A stretch of 64,000 nucleotides of DNA. Origin: Curvularia clavata (taxonomy: Eukaryota). The stretch covers positions 1,054,001 to 1,118,000 of the forward strand of contig CP089280.1 in NCBI GenBank assembly GCA_023920165.1. The letters run 5' to 3'. A model generated the notes under the pieces. The model made no database searches and was not told where the DNA came from. It was given only the letters and a program-made list of their open reading frames with translations. Made by a program: the position numbers and the translations under genes. Below, piece by piece: positions 12,101-24,934 of the stretch (position 1 is the stretch's first letter; each line of letters starts with the position of its first letter).

Positions 12101-13405
12101 GTAGCTGTTGAGAAGGGTCAAAGAGATAGTCAATGCGTGCCTCCAACCACTCTATCCGTCCGTCGAAGTGATGCGATAATATAGTGAGTTCGGACTCGGT
12201 CTTATCACCGATGAATGCGTAGAACTGCACATTGTCCTCGATAGCTTTTGGCTCTTTTGCAAAGTGCAGACGGAGGCCATCGACGTGCGCAATGTTGAAT
12301 ACGTCAGTCACCTTCTTGCCTTTGGCACCCACGTTTTCAAACCCCCATGCAGACATGTTGCCGCGATCGTCGAGCACAACACAAATCTCCGGGCTACGGT
12401 TCGCAACTTCGATCAGGTGATGAAGAGCAATCCCATGGTCCTTTTCATCTGGGGAAGCATGATGCATGGCCCTTTCCGTGGCTTGGGTGAAATGCTTGCC
12501 ATCGATAAAGAACGCGAATCGTTTCTTTGACTGCTTTTCCAGCGGTATGTGACGCTCCATGATGGCTTCCACCAAGTCTATCTCAGCCCACATGTGCATA
12601 CCGTCCACTCCATGGTTCTCTCCAGGCACCCAAACGCGCACCTTGTTGTCAGCGCATATTGTGTAGAGCACATTGTCGGCCAATTGCTCGTTGTGTAGTG
12701 GATATCGCCAGTGGAGGCCTGTGATAGCTTTTGGATGAGGAAGATAGAAGTAGTCAAATCTCTGATCTGCTGATCCAAAGGCAGTGCGACGCCATATCTT
12801 CAGGAGTCGATCGTATCGGCCAGTCGAAGCGATCAATTCGGCGTCGGGTGAGAAAAGGGCAAACTTGACTGGGTTCGCCAGCTGCTTTGTCCATATCTGT
12901 TCGATATCGCCGTGGGTGTTAAACAGAGTCAAGGAGGCACTACCGGCGAGGAGCTCATCGGGCATCCCCCAGGAGAGTGTCGTAATGGAGTCGTTCGCGT
13001 TAGGCAACGCCATGCTGCCCTGTTGCGACCACTGCAAGCAACATCAGCCGCTATTCTACACTCGTCACATCCAATGCCCACCTTGACAGCCCCCTCATCC
13101 TGCCCATATGGTCGGTATACGTAAATTTGTCGCGTCGAGCATACTGCGAGCTTGCCGGTGCCCTCGTCGATTGCGATGGCCTCGAGCTCGAACTCCTCGT
13201 CGATGTATATCGTCTGCAGCACATGGTTGGGGCGGTCGAGGACAATCAGCGCGTTTCCGGAGATGTAGGCCTAGTCAAAGTTCCGTCAGCTCCGGCGCAT
13301 GCGACAAGGCTGTGGTGTGCGTACAATAATCTGGAGACCCTCCCACAGGCCATGAGCGACAGCCTGCAGTCTGGCCTGTGGGCGTCCAGGGAGAATACCG
13401 CGCAT
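9143..13405 (-). CDS. RAV1: RAVE complex subunit 1 (regulator of V-ATPase assembly), WD40 plus Rav1p_C
   Basis: N-terminus MRGILPGRPQARLQ; WD repeats; Rav1p_C motifs WAFHS, WKTAALKNAYALMGRRRFEYAASFFLL and YDRMGCDVLALDLV. Several introns, e.g. 10664-10709. Confidence 0.93.
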
Positions 13406-13894
13406 TGAAGTCTCGCGAGTGTTGCTACCGTTGCTTCCACATTCTCAGGTTGTTTAGTAGAGGGAATAAGTCTATGATGCTTTCAACAAGGTCCCAGGCC
13501 CCTGGTAAACGTTCGGTGTTTTGCGGTGCGATGTGCGCCATCTGGGATCCCTGGATGGATGTGCCTGAAGCTCACGCGCACGATCCACGTGTAATGTCGT
13601 CACTTTCGACATCTTAGAGCTTTATCGAAGCAGCAACAATTCATATATGTATCTCTGAGTTCGATGCGCTCCTCTCAAGATATTCACGGAACACGCATGC
13701 ACGCACGCACACTAACAGGGTACTGTCATCTGATCAAGAGAAGAAACGTTAACCTGTCAAACAGGGCCGCAAGCGTTCCGCAGACCCCCATTTCGGAATC
13801 GGAACGCTAGCGCGGAACCCCAGCCAATGGCTCTGGGCGGTAATCAGCATGGCATATTCAAGCCATCTACTTTCTCCCATGTATCCCTATTGGA

Positions 13895-15483
13895 CTAAGC
13901 CATTGTCCTCTCCACCTTGCCTTCTACTTCTCCTTGTTCTCCCTTGCCCTTCCATTCTACAGTCACTGTGATTCCACGGTCATCGCCCTTCTCCTTCGCA
14001 TACGTAAGAGTACCCTCCAAGACAGTACCCTTTTTGAACGCCTGCTTCTTCGCAACGTCTTGATCCAAGAGCAAGACCGCCTGGTGCCAATGAGTAGGCG
14101 TGTTGCTAGGGCCTGTAGAGAATCCCAAGCCAGGGATGCCATTCTTGCCCCAATCGACGTTATCGATGGTCTTGATGTCCTGAGTGCTGCCGGGATGGAT
14201 GAAGATAGTGTCGAACCAGATCGCAATCGCCTCGAGCGATGTGATGTCACGGTCTAGCGTCATGCGAAGCGGGACCTTGAAGCTCAGGTCTTGAATAGAA
14301 ACCGTCTTCATCTCTAGCAGATGGCTATTGGCACTTCCGCATAGCGACTTCTCGGGCACATCAAATACACCGATCTCGTGAGTGTTGAGCAGTCCGCCTG
14401 GTATCATGGGCGAAAAGTCGAACCCGTATATATCTTTCCAGAACTTTTCGCCCGTACTGTCAGCTATCCACTCAGCATCGCTGATGGGTGCAAGACGAAT
14501 GTTGCAGTGAGAAGGCACCATGATGCCATCAGGCTTGAGGTACATGTCACGAGCGCGCAAGACTGAGTCGAGCATGCCTTCAAAGAGCAGTCCGTAGCCC
14601 ATCCATTCCGAGATGATGATGTCGACTTTCTCCTTTCCAATCCGGCGCTGAGTGTTGAAATCCTCGGCTCTTCCCTGGATCAGCTCAATGCGGTCTTGGT
14701 ATCCGTTCTTCTCGATAATCTCTTTTGCACGAAGTGCAATACCGGAGTTGTCGACAGCAAACACTTTCTTTGCCCCCGCTCGCGCGCAAAAGAGTGAAAG
14801 AATACCAGTACCGCAGCCAACATCCAACACAGTCTTTCCCTCAAAGACGTGAGCGTTCTTCTCAATGAAGTCACGGTATCCCTCTGTTCGCACACGGTCT
14901 TCAATCATCTCGCGATGAATGCTGTTGCCCTTGTACGACTCAAAGTAGTCCTGATCGCGGTCATTGGTGAGCTTGATCTTTGAAAAGTCTTCAGGCATGT
15001 CCTTGTGCAACTTGGCCTCGTACTCATCATAGTCGATGGCGTTGGCGTCGTCGTTTGGCATAAGGTCGCCAAGTTCAAAGAGCAAGGCATCATCTTCCAA
15101 TACTGGTTGCAGGTACTTGTCGCTTGAGAGGTCGTCTAGTGTCACCTTGATGGATTTGGGATCTGTTCCCTTCTGGGCCTCAGAACGCAAGTAGTTAATC
15201 AGCTTGATGATCGTGATCTCATCGGCATCTAATGTCGCCATGAGTAGTTGTCCCAAATGGGTTAGGCGCAAGTGGCTCTCGTCGTCTACGCACCTGGCCC
15301 TAATCCTTTGATGGTCTCCATGAGATCAAAGCCGTGTTCAGTCTTGTCATGCGCTACCATGTCTGACACACGGCTCCATTGTCGATCGGAAAATAGATCT
15401 TTGAAGCTAGTCGTATCCGGCTCACTTGCGTCCTCGATAATGCTGCCAACAGAGCTGGCGGTGTCGGAATCTGTGTCTGACAT
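13895..15483 (-). CDS. RMT3: Type I protein arginine methyltransferase, PRMT3/Rmt3-like
   Basis: VLDVGCGTGILS, double-E loop IISEWMGYGLLFE, THW loop (PTHWHQ). N-terminal zinc-finger-like segment and DDALLF motif typical of PRMT3. One intron near 15235-15290. Confidence 0.88.
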
Positions 15484-16109
15484 GACTGTATGTGTGGTGG
15501 CGATGTGAAAAATTGCCGGGGTATCAAAGAAGTGGAAAAATTGCAAAGAAATGGAATGTCGCGTCGAGTCGTCTGTAGTGGGGGAAAGGCTCTGCGGTTA
15601 GTGTCTGCATTTGTGGGCGAGACTGCGGGGTAGGCTTGTCACGTCCGCCGTAATGTCTGCCACTTTCTGCACGGCATTCTTTCAAAAGGTTATGATCAAT
15701 TTCCCTCAGGAAACAGCACACAGATGTATTATAAGGCCAAAGTTTACTGTTTCAGTGCGATGTCTGCTCTCTGAATCTGGCCTAGTTACTCATAAATTCG
15801 CTAAGTACAACTCAACCTCCAGATCCCTTGCTCGAACAACCCAACGAGGGCCTATCTAGTCGTCATGGGTGTAAATTATCAAAGGCCGTCAGTTGGGAAA
15901 AGAAGATCGAAAATTAGATCAGACACTCTCTGGTATTTCTGCGGCTGTTGCCATCATTACTAGTGTAGACGATATAAGAGATGTACCGACCATCATGGAG
16001 CAGTCTGGTATCGGTAAATGAGTACTGAAACATGGTACTGAAAGAAAACAAAGTATGGAAGGGTGCCATGAAACATAGGTTGCCATATCTTCTAACAAGA
16101 GAGAGGAGC

Positions 16110-16800
16110 TCACACTGCATCACTGATCTCAACATCAACAGAGCAATCAGCTTCCATTTCGTCGTTAGCATCCATCTCGGTGTTAGCCGGTTCTGGTGGA
16201 GCCGCATGCTCCACCGACTCATTTAGCATCTTGCCTTTTGGTCTATCACTTCCTGGAGCCGTGGGAAACTCTTCTTCCGGAATGGAATTCTTAGGGAAGC
16301 GTTCCACATCGGACAGAATTCCGCCGTCCGCTATGTACTTTGCCAGGTCTGGCACGTGTTTATGGAGGTGGCCCATGCTGGGATTCTTCGGTGTGTGTGA
16401 AGAAATCATTTGAGCACGCAGTGCAATCATGGAGCGATTTTTGTTGCCAGCCTCGTTGATGGCGTCGAGTATACCTCGTAAGTTGGCGTCTGTGGCCCTC
16501 CCGTAAGCGCCGATACCATTGGTGTGAAGGAAGTCGTTAATGCCGAACACTTGGCTGCTGAGAAGTAGATCGTCTCTAGTCTTATTCGAGACTGGTCTTT
16601 AGCGATTCATTCCATGCTGGTAATCATGAGTGTGACGGCGTGCTGGGCATATCGACCGAAGCCATGCTTATGAGGAACGCGCGTACTTAACCGAGCTGTA
16701 CGAGGATCAGTTCCTAGCTTCCCAATCTTCTGGAAGTAGTAGCACTTTACTTGGATGAGAGGATATCGGTTCCTTAGATGTAAGACAGGTGTGCAATCTA
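16110..16800 (-). CDS. Hypothetical multi-exon protein, 5' end unresolved
   Basis: 146-aa 3' ORF with an acidic tail. An upstream open frame (..LRNRYPLIQVKCYYFQKIGK..) can be joined through a plausible GTACGC..CAG intron. Confidence 0.4.
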
Positions 16801-17293
16801 GATTGCATTACCAATCACACATTTTAGTAATTAGTCCGCAATTCGTTCCAGATACGCCTCACAGCATTAATTGGCTGAGGGATGGGCCCAACTCCGGTCT
16901 CAGCTCGTGGCTTGTAAGGATCGCGACTATCTATATTGGCACTGACTTCTCACATGACGAGTGCAGGACCCTTCATGTAGTTTATGTAGCGACGGGCATC
17001 GCCAGTGCAGATCTTCCACCGCTGAACATGCCTCTGAAACTCTATGCATGAGCCATTCTTAACTACGACCATACATTCCCCTCATTTGCATGTCTCATGG
17101 CTCCGCACCTTCCCGCATATCAAGCTTTCAGTTAGCGCGGAGCTAGTATAGTAAGGCGGGTAGCCTTACTCTAGGCAACGACGCTCGTTTTGTATAAATC
17201 GCTTATTTAGCTCAGTCGAGGAGTATCATAAATAGCTAGCTCAGTAGCATATGAAAACCAAGATCCAAAAGCAAAAACCTCGAGAAGCTGAAA

Positions 17294-18277
17294 ATGTGGA
17301 CATTGGCACATATACAGTGGGCTGGTATCAGAGCCATCGCTCACACCTCACTATACATCCGGACATCATCCTGGATGTCTCCTGCAACACAACCAGATCG
17401 TATCAAGAACTACCCTTGTCGACCCTATCTCTACGGCTGCCGTATCTTCATCCCAAAAGACTTCCAGGCGACTCAGGAGAAGAAGACTCTGCCCCTGGTA
17501 ATTCGAGCCCACGGTGGTGGCTTCATCATCAACTGTCCTGCTGCAGACGACATCCTAGCGCGACACCTTGCTGACAATGCGAACTGCATTGTCGTCAGCG
17601 TAGACTATAGCAAAGCCCCTCAAAACAAATTTCCTACTGCCTACGAAGACATTATCGCCCAATCGCTTGAAATCATAGACGACCCAGAATTACCTATCGA
17701 CCCGTCTAAGGTATTCCTTTGCGGTACCTCGGCGGGAGGTAACCTTTTACTCGGTGCGGCGCAGGATTCGCGGCTCCGTTCCAAGGTCTTCGGTGTTGCG
17801 GCAATATACCCTGTAGTCGATTTTGAGATCGATTCTCCTACGAAGATGGCGAGCCGTCCAGATCCCACAGTTCCTGATTTCATAGGGGAAAGATGGGACA
17901 GCCTCCTAAGCTTGTATCTCGATGAAACTCACAAGGCATCTCTGAGTGATGTGCGCCTGAGCCCAACGCGCTTCGCGACTAGGGAAAGCCTGCCACCGGA
18001 AATTCTGCTCATCGGGGCTGAGCATGACATGTTCTGTCAAGAGGTTGAAGTCATGGCCGACAAGCTAGCAGGCGAAAAGCCCAAGATCGAGATCAAGGAT
18101 GGTTGGAAAGTGCCCGGCGTGCAATATTACAAGGCCTACGGTCAGCCGCATGCATTTGATGCGTTTCCCGCTAAAGATCAAGAAAAGGAGAAGGCAAGAG
18201 TAGCTGCAAAAGACGCCATGTTCGACTGCATAACAACATGGTTGAAAGACACCTTCTCGAAAGCAATCACCAGATAG
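17294..18277 (+). CDS. Alpha/beta hydrolase, hormone-sensitive-lipase family
   Basis: HGGGF oxyanion motif, VSVDYSKAP, GTSAGG nucleophile, GAEHD and HAFD. Confidence 0.9.
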   Translation: MWTLAHIQWAGIRAIAHTSLYIRTSSWMSPATQPDRIKNYPCRPYLYGCRIFIPKDFQATQEKKTLPLVIRAHGGGFIINCPAADDILARHLADNANCIVVSVDYSKAPQNKFPTAYEDIIAQSLEIIDDPELPIDPSKVFLCGTSAGGNLLLGAAQDSRLRSKVFGVAAIYPVVDFEIDSPTKMASRPDPTVPDFIGERWDSLLSLYLDETHKASLSDVRLSPTRFATRESLPPEILLIGAEHDMFCQEVEVMADKLAGEKPKIEIKDGWKVPGVQYYKAYGQPHAFDAFPAKDQEKEKARVAAKDAMFDCITTWLKDTFSKAITR

Positions 18278-18699
18278 TGCTCATGGTGTATGCAGGCTGT
18301 TGACAACGAAAAGGATGGATTGTGGTACGGATTTAAAAGTTATTGTGTACGCCTGGAAGAATCAGGGGCATGTTTCGCAGGGTGTACCAAGGTTTCAAGT
18401 CGTCTTGCATACGCTATCTTGCTTATGTTGTCTGTAATAACAACACTCTATATCGTGGCGTACCTTGGTCGCTATACTATTGGACTTCGCCAATGTTATG
18501 ATGCGCATCACGACCTAACTATAAATAGCCTGCTGTACCGCTGCCTTGCAGCATACAGGAATGCGACAAATCACACAGGGACACGAGAACAATTTAAAAG
18601 CTGCACGGCAGCCTTTCAAGTCGAAACTAAAACCTATCCCTTTCTTGTGACATTTAAGAAGCGCCTTGATACGCATCCTCCACTTTAGTGACAACAACC

Positions 18700-19859
18700 A
18701 TGGTTAAGATCCACAAAATTGACCCTAATGCAGATACTATCATCAAGCTGAAATACCCACTTACCAATTTTGCCGTTTGGGACCCTCCTGATGAGGAAGC
18801 ACTTGATGCCAAAGATTCCGCTTCACCGATAGATCTGCCCACTGAGGAGCGCTCCACCGAAGCATCTTCTGTTGCATCGAGCAAAACAGGTGATTCCATT
18901 CACGAAACGATTGAATACCATGTCTCTTCGAGCGTTCTAAAACTCTCTTCATCGTACTTCAGCAGATGTATGAGAAACTTCAAAGAAGGCATACCCAATG
19001 AGAATGACGGCCGATATCACGTCTCCTGCAAAGATTGGAACGAGGAGGCATTTCTCATCCTTCTCAATGCGCTTCATTTTCGAACCCGTCGAGTACCACG
19101 ATCATTGCCTTTGGATATGCTCGCCAAGGTAGCTCAGCTGATCGAGTACTACCGTTGTTTGGAAGCCATTGAGATATGGACCAACATGTGGATCGAGAAT
19201 CTCAAGAAGTCGACGCCAATTCCTGAGGATTTTAGTCAAGACCTTATGCGGTGGATGTATGTAGCGTCGATTTTTGAGTTGCCTGAGGAGTTTACGCGCA
19301 CAACAGTCATTGCAATCAGACGGAGCCGAAATATCCAATCGTTGGTTTGGAATCCTCCTTTTGCAAGATATGTCGGTAGGTCTGCTATTCGAAGCAACGA
19401 TGGAGGTAGTAGAAGATGACTGATTCCACAACAGACCGCATAGAAAATGCCAGCAAGGAAGCGATTGATACCGTTGTCGCACAATTACACCAACTCCTCG
19501 ACAAATACCGTAACCCCAAATACGAATGCCCAAGAGAGGATTGTTCTTTTGAATGCGGCTCGATACACTACGGTGCCCTGACAAAGGGAATGGACTCTTT
19601 GAGCTTGCTCGACCCATACCCCCAGGCACCACTCCCGGGATTAAGCGTTGAAGATATCTGCACAAAGGTGCGCAATATCAAAGCTCCCAAGTGGATTCCC
19701 ATCAGGAACACAGGAGGTCACATAGGAATTCAAGCGACATTTCCATCAAAATCTTACCCAGAACACTCATGTCTTCTAAGCGATGAACTTGTATCAATTG
19801 TAGACGGAGTTCTGAACACGATCACAGGTCTTCAATTGACGGACTTCGCACGTATCTAG
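18700..19859 (+). CDS. Fungal BTB/POZ-domain protein
   Basis: YHVSSSVLKLSSSYF and AFLILLNALH..VPRSL..LAKVAQLIEYYRC; C-terminal CSFECGSIHYGAL. Intron 19376-19434. Confidence 0.8.
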
Positions 19860-20768
19860 TTGAGTCAAACATGCTGGTATAGGACGTCAGATTGCGACGA
19901 GATTGAATTGGTATTGGCTATCACCATGAGCTGGAAAAGCCGATCTATACCAGCTATGAGGGAATGGGGACAATCATGCAGCGCGCCAGGAGGTGGAGCC
20001 AATTTGCCGGGAACTTTATGATAATGGAGTTATATATTTTTTTCCAAATCACACGACAACATGATCTGGGCTGTCTTCAAATCACAGTCATTGGGCTTAG
20101 TAAAGCTGATTGAAGTGTGATGGTTTCAAAAGTTCTGATTCCTGCGATGTTCCCCAATGCCAGGAGCACAAGACCCAACTTACAAGCGTCTTCTCTGCCT
20201 TTGTGTCTGAGGTATGTGCTTCATTCCTATGTACTGATAGTAATTTACTCCTAAAATTTGAATCAAGTATAGTTAAACATGTTGAAGTGAAGATGGTATA
20301 AGGACTCATCCACCAATTACATCCTGAACGCCATAGCTATACTTTTCCAATGTCCGTTGAACACAAATTATGTTAAATCGTCTGGCTTGCTCATTTCTAA
20401 CAACTACTCTGATAAGTTTTTCTTAACAGGTGTTTTCTCGATGTGCTCCACCTGGATCATTACAAAGTCCTTTTTGCTCATGATACTTGCCATTCCTAGT
20501 TTTTTGAATTTCACTGCTTACCGAAATTTTGCTGAAGCATTGGATAGCAAGTTAGACTTTACGCTTCATAATTTCCAGTAGTACTTAAGTGAGTCAAGAT
20601 TTCTTATATTTTACAGTTTGCCGAACGAACATCTTTCATTCCCCTAATAGCTACATCGTTATACTACACCCGAAATCTACAAGCACCATGGAACAGCCCC
20701 AGAAAAACCACTCTCCCTTCTCCACCCGAGAACCTCAACCATCCCAAAACACCTATACCAGCTCCTAC

Positions 20769-21959
20769 CTAAATCCACATACACCTCTTCATCCTCCCAT
20801 CCCGACTCCCCTCAAACACCGGATCCTCCCCCAACAGCACCGCCCTCCTCTCCCTAAACCTCTGTCCTCCACTCCCATATTCCATTTCCCAATACCTCTC
20901 AATCTCCCTCATAACATCCAACGCCTTACGCCTCGTCCTCCTAGCAATCGCCCTCGCCTCCGCCGCCATCGGCGGACCCTTCGGATCCGCACTATTCCTC
21001 TCATCAAGCCAGTACAGATACGCATGTCTAGCAGACAGCAATTCACCTACGACCCAGGCATCAGGGTCTCGCGGGTCCTCGTGTCCAGGGACCAAGCGGA
21101 TGGTGTATGTTTCATCGATACGTTCGGTGGGCTGGAGCACGATGGTGTTGCTGGGTGGCGAGGAGGAGAGGCCGAGGAAGGCGATGGTTCGTGGGTTACG
21201 GATGAGGAGGTGGTCGATGGGGCCGTTTTCGATGTCGGCGGTTACGAGGATGGGTTGGTTGGCGGTGTCGAGGTGGAGCCACATGGAGAGTATGCCTAGG
21301 GATGGATAGTAGCCAGCTTGTGCTTCTTGGATGATAGAGACCGGGAAGGCTTCGGGGTTGGTGATTGGGATGAGGGTGTGCCCAGTAAGTGGCTGGTCGT
21401 CATGTGTTGGAGGTGTGGAAGAGCCTTTGCTGGCCATGATGGATGTAGTGGATTGGGGTGAAGTGGGTGCTTCTACCGTCTTGATGCTGGTGACGGGCAT
21501 GTTGATCTGCTTTTCCTGAGGATATTGATGCCGTTCTGCCTCACTGTCCTCGCTGCGACGGCTCTGCTCGCCACTTAGGCCTTTTGGAGCACCTTCAGGT
21601 ACTTCACCTCCCTTACTCTGTCCTTTGGCGTCTAGCAGCGGCAACTGATGCGTAAGCCGTGTTTCAAGACCATTCCATACGTTTACAAACTCCTCGTACA
21701 GCCTCGAAACCTCTGCATTTCCCAATGTCTGAACCAAGCCTGGGAGCTCTGTTCGGGCTTTGTCCACCCCTTGCGGTGTGTAGCTATGCTGTAGATAGAT
21801 GCGGCACATTCTGACGGTGATGGCTTTTGCAACATCAACGGATGATAGGAAAGCGATGCTGGCTTCAAAGTCCGCAAACGCTTGGATCTGATTATGATAA
21901 TAGTGCGGAGCATCCACGGCTGATAGGAGAAGGACATGTCTTGCAGGTGTTTCAGCCAT
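20769..21959 (-). CDS. Hypothetical protein, 396 aa
   Basis: Long ATG-initiated ORF with no recognised domain. Confidence 0.55.
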   Translation of the reverse strand: MAETPARHVLLLSAVDAPHYYHNQIQAFADFEASIAFLSSVDVAKAITVRMCRIYLQHSYTPQGVDKARTELPGLVQTLGNAEVSRLYEEFVNVWNGLETRLTHQLPLLDAKGQSKGGEVPEGAPKGLSGEQSRRSEDSEAERHQYPQEKQINMPVTSIKTVEAPTSPQSTTSIMASKGSSTPPTHDDQPLTGHTLIPITNPEAFPVSIIQEAQAGYYPSLGILSMWLHLDTANQPILVTADIENGPIDHLLIRNPRTIAFLGLSSSPPSNTIVLQPTERIDETYTIRLVPGHEDPRDPDAWVVGELLSARHAYLYWLDERNSADPKGPPMAAEARAIARRTRRKALDVMREIERYWEMEYGSGGQRFRERRAVLLGEDPVFEGSRDGRMKRCMWI

Positions 21960-22486
21960 TTGCGAGAGGGTTGTTGTCTTTTGTCGATTACATTGTTGTG
22001 GATACGACGTTGGCTCCTCACTAAAATAATATGCTCTTTATTGCTATTGGTTCGTTTTGCCCCAGGTGGGTGAATACAAACGGTGCTAGTGCAAACATAT
22101 TAGTGCATTCAAATCTGAATAACCCCACTCTCACTTCATTATCGAGCACCAAATCCCAATGGTTTCGAATGTATGTTACCAGTTTGTTATTGGTATCAAA
22201 TGCTCTCAATTATACTAGATTCATATCCGTCAACACTATGCTTGGATAGCAGTGACTAGTTGGCCCGTTTATGGTGTGGACTAAGCGTTTAGTACCAAGT
22301 AAACTAGCAGAACCTGCACTTCATAAAAGAGAAATATTACTCTTGATAGTTCACAGGCCGAAAGGGAAAACATGGCAAAACGATGGCGATCAGGCTCGCC
22401 CTCTTGTGCAGGCTACAAAACATGGAATAAAACATCATTTCGCCCTCAAGCATATGTAACATGTCCCTATCTATATGACCCGTCTC

Positions 22487-24535
22487 TTAGCGAGGTCCAA
22501 ATGGCCTGGGTCCGATAATCTGCCGTTTTCCAGCTCCAATACCACCAAGCTTATTTTGGTTGTCACCACCCATGTATCCGTACTGGTTAACGTCCCAGCT
22601 CTGACCCGAGCCACTCCCTGCATTTGGGTCCTTTGCCGCTTCTTGAATTGCACGCTGTGCTTCTTCCCACTCCTTTTGGCGTTCCCGCTCACGCTCCATT
22701 TCGCGCTCGAGGAGAGACTTGGAGGCCCAGCCCTGGGCTTTGGTCTTCGTTTGAGCAGCGGCTCGGCGGGCGTCCTCGGCTCGTTGCTCAGAAGTGGAAG
22801 TGAGCTCAGGAGGGATGTGTGTCTGAGGCTTAGGAGCTGTTGGTGGTGGATTCGAGGCCAGATAGCGATCAGATCGGTTCTGTTTACTATACGCTGAAGG
22901 GTCAGGAAGGGGCCGGGCAGACGGTTCTGGTAACGGTCGAGTTGGGAGAGTGGGGGCAGCGGTAGGTTCTGGTAGAGGTCTTGGTGGTTGTCTTTGTGTC
23001 TGGTCCCACTGTTTGCGAAGGTAGTCCCGGTCGTCTGCATGTGCCCAGGAAGCGTTGCTTTCTATGGGTGAGGGCGCGCGTGGCGGGGGTTGTGGCCTGG
23101 GGCGACTTCGAGACCGTTCGCGTGCACGACTCTTTGAACGAGCGCGCGCCTTCTTCTCCTGCAGACGACCCTCACGCTCAGCTTGGTACTGCCGCTCTCT
23201 TTCCTTGGCCTCCTCCAGTTGGCGCTCAAGCTCCCGTATGCGCTCGCGTTCGGCGTTGGGCTCCTCACTACTTCCTCGGCGGCTGCGTGGCTTGCTGGCC
23301 TGCTCCGCCTGATACTGGCTTAGATACTGTCCTCTGAGCCTAGCGTCACTGCCTGCGCGCTTTCGTCGTGTCTCAGCCTCCAGCTGTTCCATGGCTTCGC
23401 GCTCCTCGCGCTGACGCTGCTCCTCTTCCAGCTTCCATTGTCGCTCCTGCTCTTCCCACTCGCGCTTTTGTTGTTCAAGGCGGGCCTGCTTGGCCTCTTG
23501 CTGTTTGCGTGACTCTTCTTCCCACTTTTGTTCCTCTTCAATACGGATCCGTTCTTCTTCTGCTTCACGTTCAACGCGGCGTTTGTGCTCAGCCTCCTCG
23601 GCCTGCAGTCGCAGCCTCTCTTCCTCGGCGGCCTTTTCCCGTCGCAGCCGTTCCTTCTCCGCCGTGTTGGGAACGTGTGGGCCCGCACTGGTGATCTGCC
23701 GCCGAGCGCCGAACGCAATGCCCTGATTGCCTTGACTAGCCCCACCCATGTAGCCGTACTGGTGAATGTTCCATGCGGGTGCTGTGTTGCCCTCGTCGCC
23801 CTTCTTGCTCCAGCTACTAACTCCGCCAGGCGGCGATTTGGGGTGACCATTAGATGCGTCTGAGCCTCCGGTGCGCGCAGCACTGAGCGCTCTCTCCGCA
23901 GGCGGCCGGGCTAGCGGGTTGAACGTACTAGAGCCGCTCGTGTTGCTGGCAGTACTTGGCCCTCTGCTTCGTCCGTACCCAGGCGAGGTCAGTGTCGGGC
24001 TTTTGGGGCCAGGACCTCCGGTCGATGAAGGGCTCAGCGGCCCCGGCGCTGACCGCTTGGGGCCTATGGTTGTGGGGAACTTGGAGGGATTGTGCGCATT
24101 GGCTACTCGGCTGAAAGCGCTGAGACACTGGAGGACTTGGGCTGGGTCCTTGGATTCGTACAGATCGACGGTCAGGAAGCGGTCGTGGGCTGGCATACTT
24201 AGTGGCGGTTGTTCGCATGCTCGGAGGAAGTGGGAGATGTTCTCCATCTGGATGAAGGGCATCTGCGACTTCTTGAATTTAACAGAGTTGGGTACTGCCA
24301 GGTTGACGAGCCTGTTCATGTCAGTCATACAGATCCATGTTCAGAGATTGCCTCCAAGACGTGCTCACCTGCACAAGACGGTGCCGTCCTTGAGCGCATC
24401 GAGCAGATCACCAGCGGGTAGGCGCTCGCCGAGTGTGTCTTCAATCCAAATGCGTACTTCGTTTGCTGCTTTGGGAGTATATCTGTCCATACGCAACTTG
24501 CGCATGTCCTGGTCGAGCGACGTTACAGACGCCAT
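22487..24535 (-). CDS. Calponin-homology (transgelin/Scp1-like) actin-binding protein with coiled coil and Pro-rich region
   Basis: MASVTSLDQD..LKDGTVLCRL..QMENISHFL..FLTVDLYESKD CH domain. Two calponin-like repeats (QYGYMGG..RQI). One intron near 24315-24368. Confidence 0.88.
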
Positions 24536-24884
24536 GGTGGGCGAGTCGGGCGCAAATCAAGGCTGCGATGGTTGGGCACGTAAGGCTGCCAGCGGTGGGA
24601 GGCAAGAGGCGAGAGGTTCGGAAAGCAGAATGAGATACACTATGGAGCTATCTAGACGGCCATGCGGGTGTCGTGTGCGGTTGCGCTGGGAGGTTTTATG
24701 GCAGCAGCGGCGGTGGATGTCAGAAACACAACGCTGGCATGCGTTGAGTGTGGAGAAGAGTGTGTTGTTGCCGGTGGTAGTGGGGGCATGCCTGCATTAC
24801 GCTGACGCACCAGCCACCCGCCTCCCGCCCCAACGTCACCGATCTGCGCCTCCTACTCGCCCTCGAAATTATCCGCAGCGACCA

Positions 24885-24922
24885 CACAAGACAAGACACG
24901 ACTCGACCCGACACGACACAAC
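24885..24922. repeat. Degenerate pentanucleotide (GACAC/GACAA) run in a divergent promoter
   Basis: acaag acaag acacg actcg acccg acacg acaca. Confidence 0.5.
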
Positions 24923-24934
24923 GAGGCGCCCACA

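Noticed and set aside
16792..16807. Perfect 16-bp palindrome TGCAATCTAGATTGCA
   Set aside because: Isolated, with no supporting context or second copy.
20100..20580. Possible decayed gene on the minus strand
   Set aside because: Short frames broken by stops with no recognisable motif; cannot be supported without a search.
20589..21299. 236-aa plus-strand ORF
   Set aside because: Antisense to the 396-aa ORF, low-complexity, non-ATG start.
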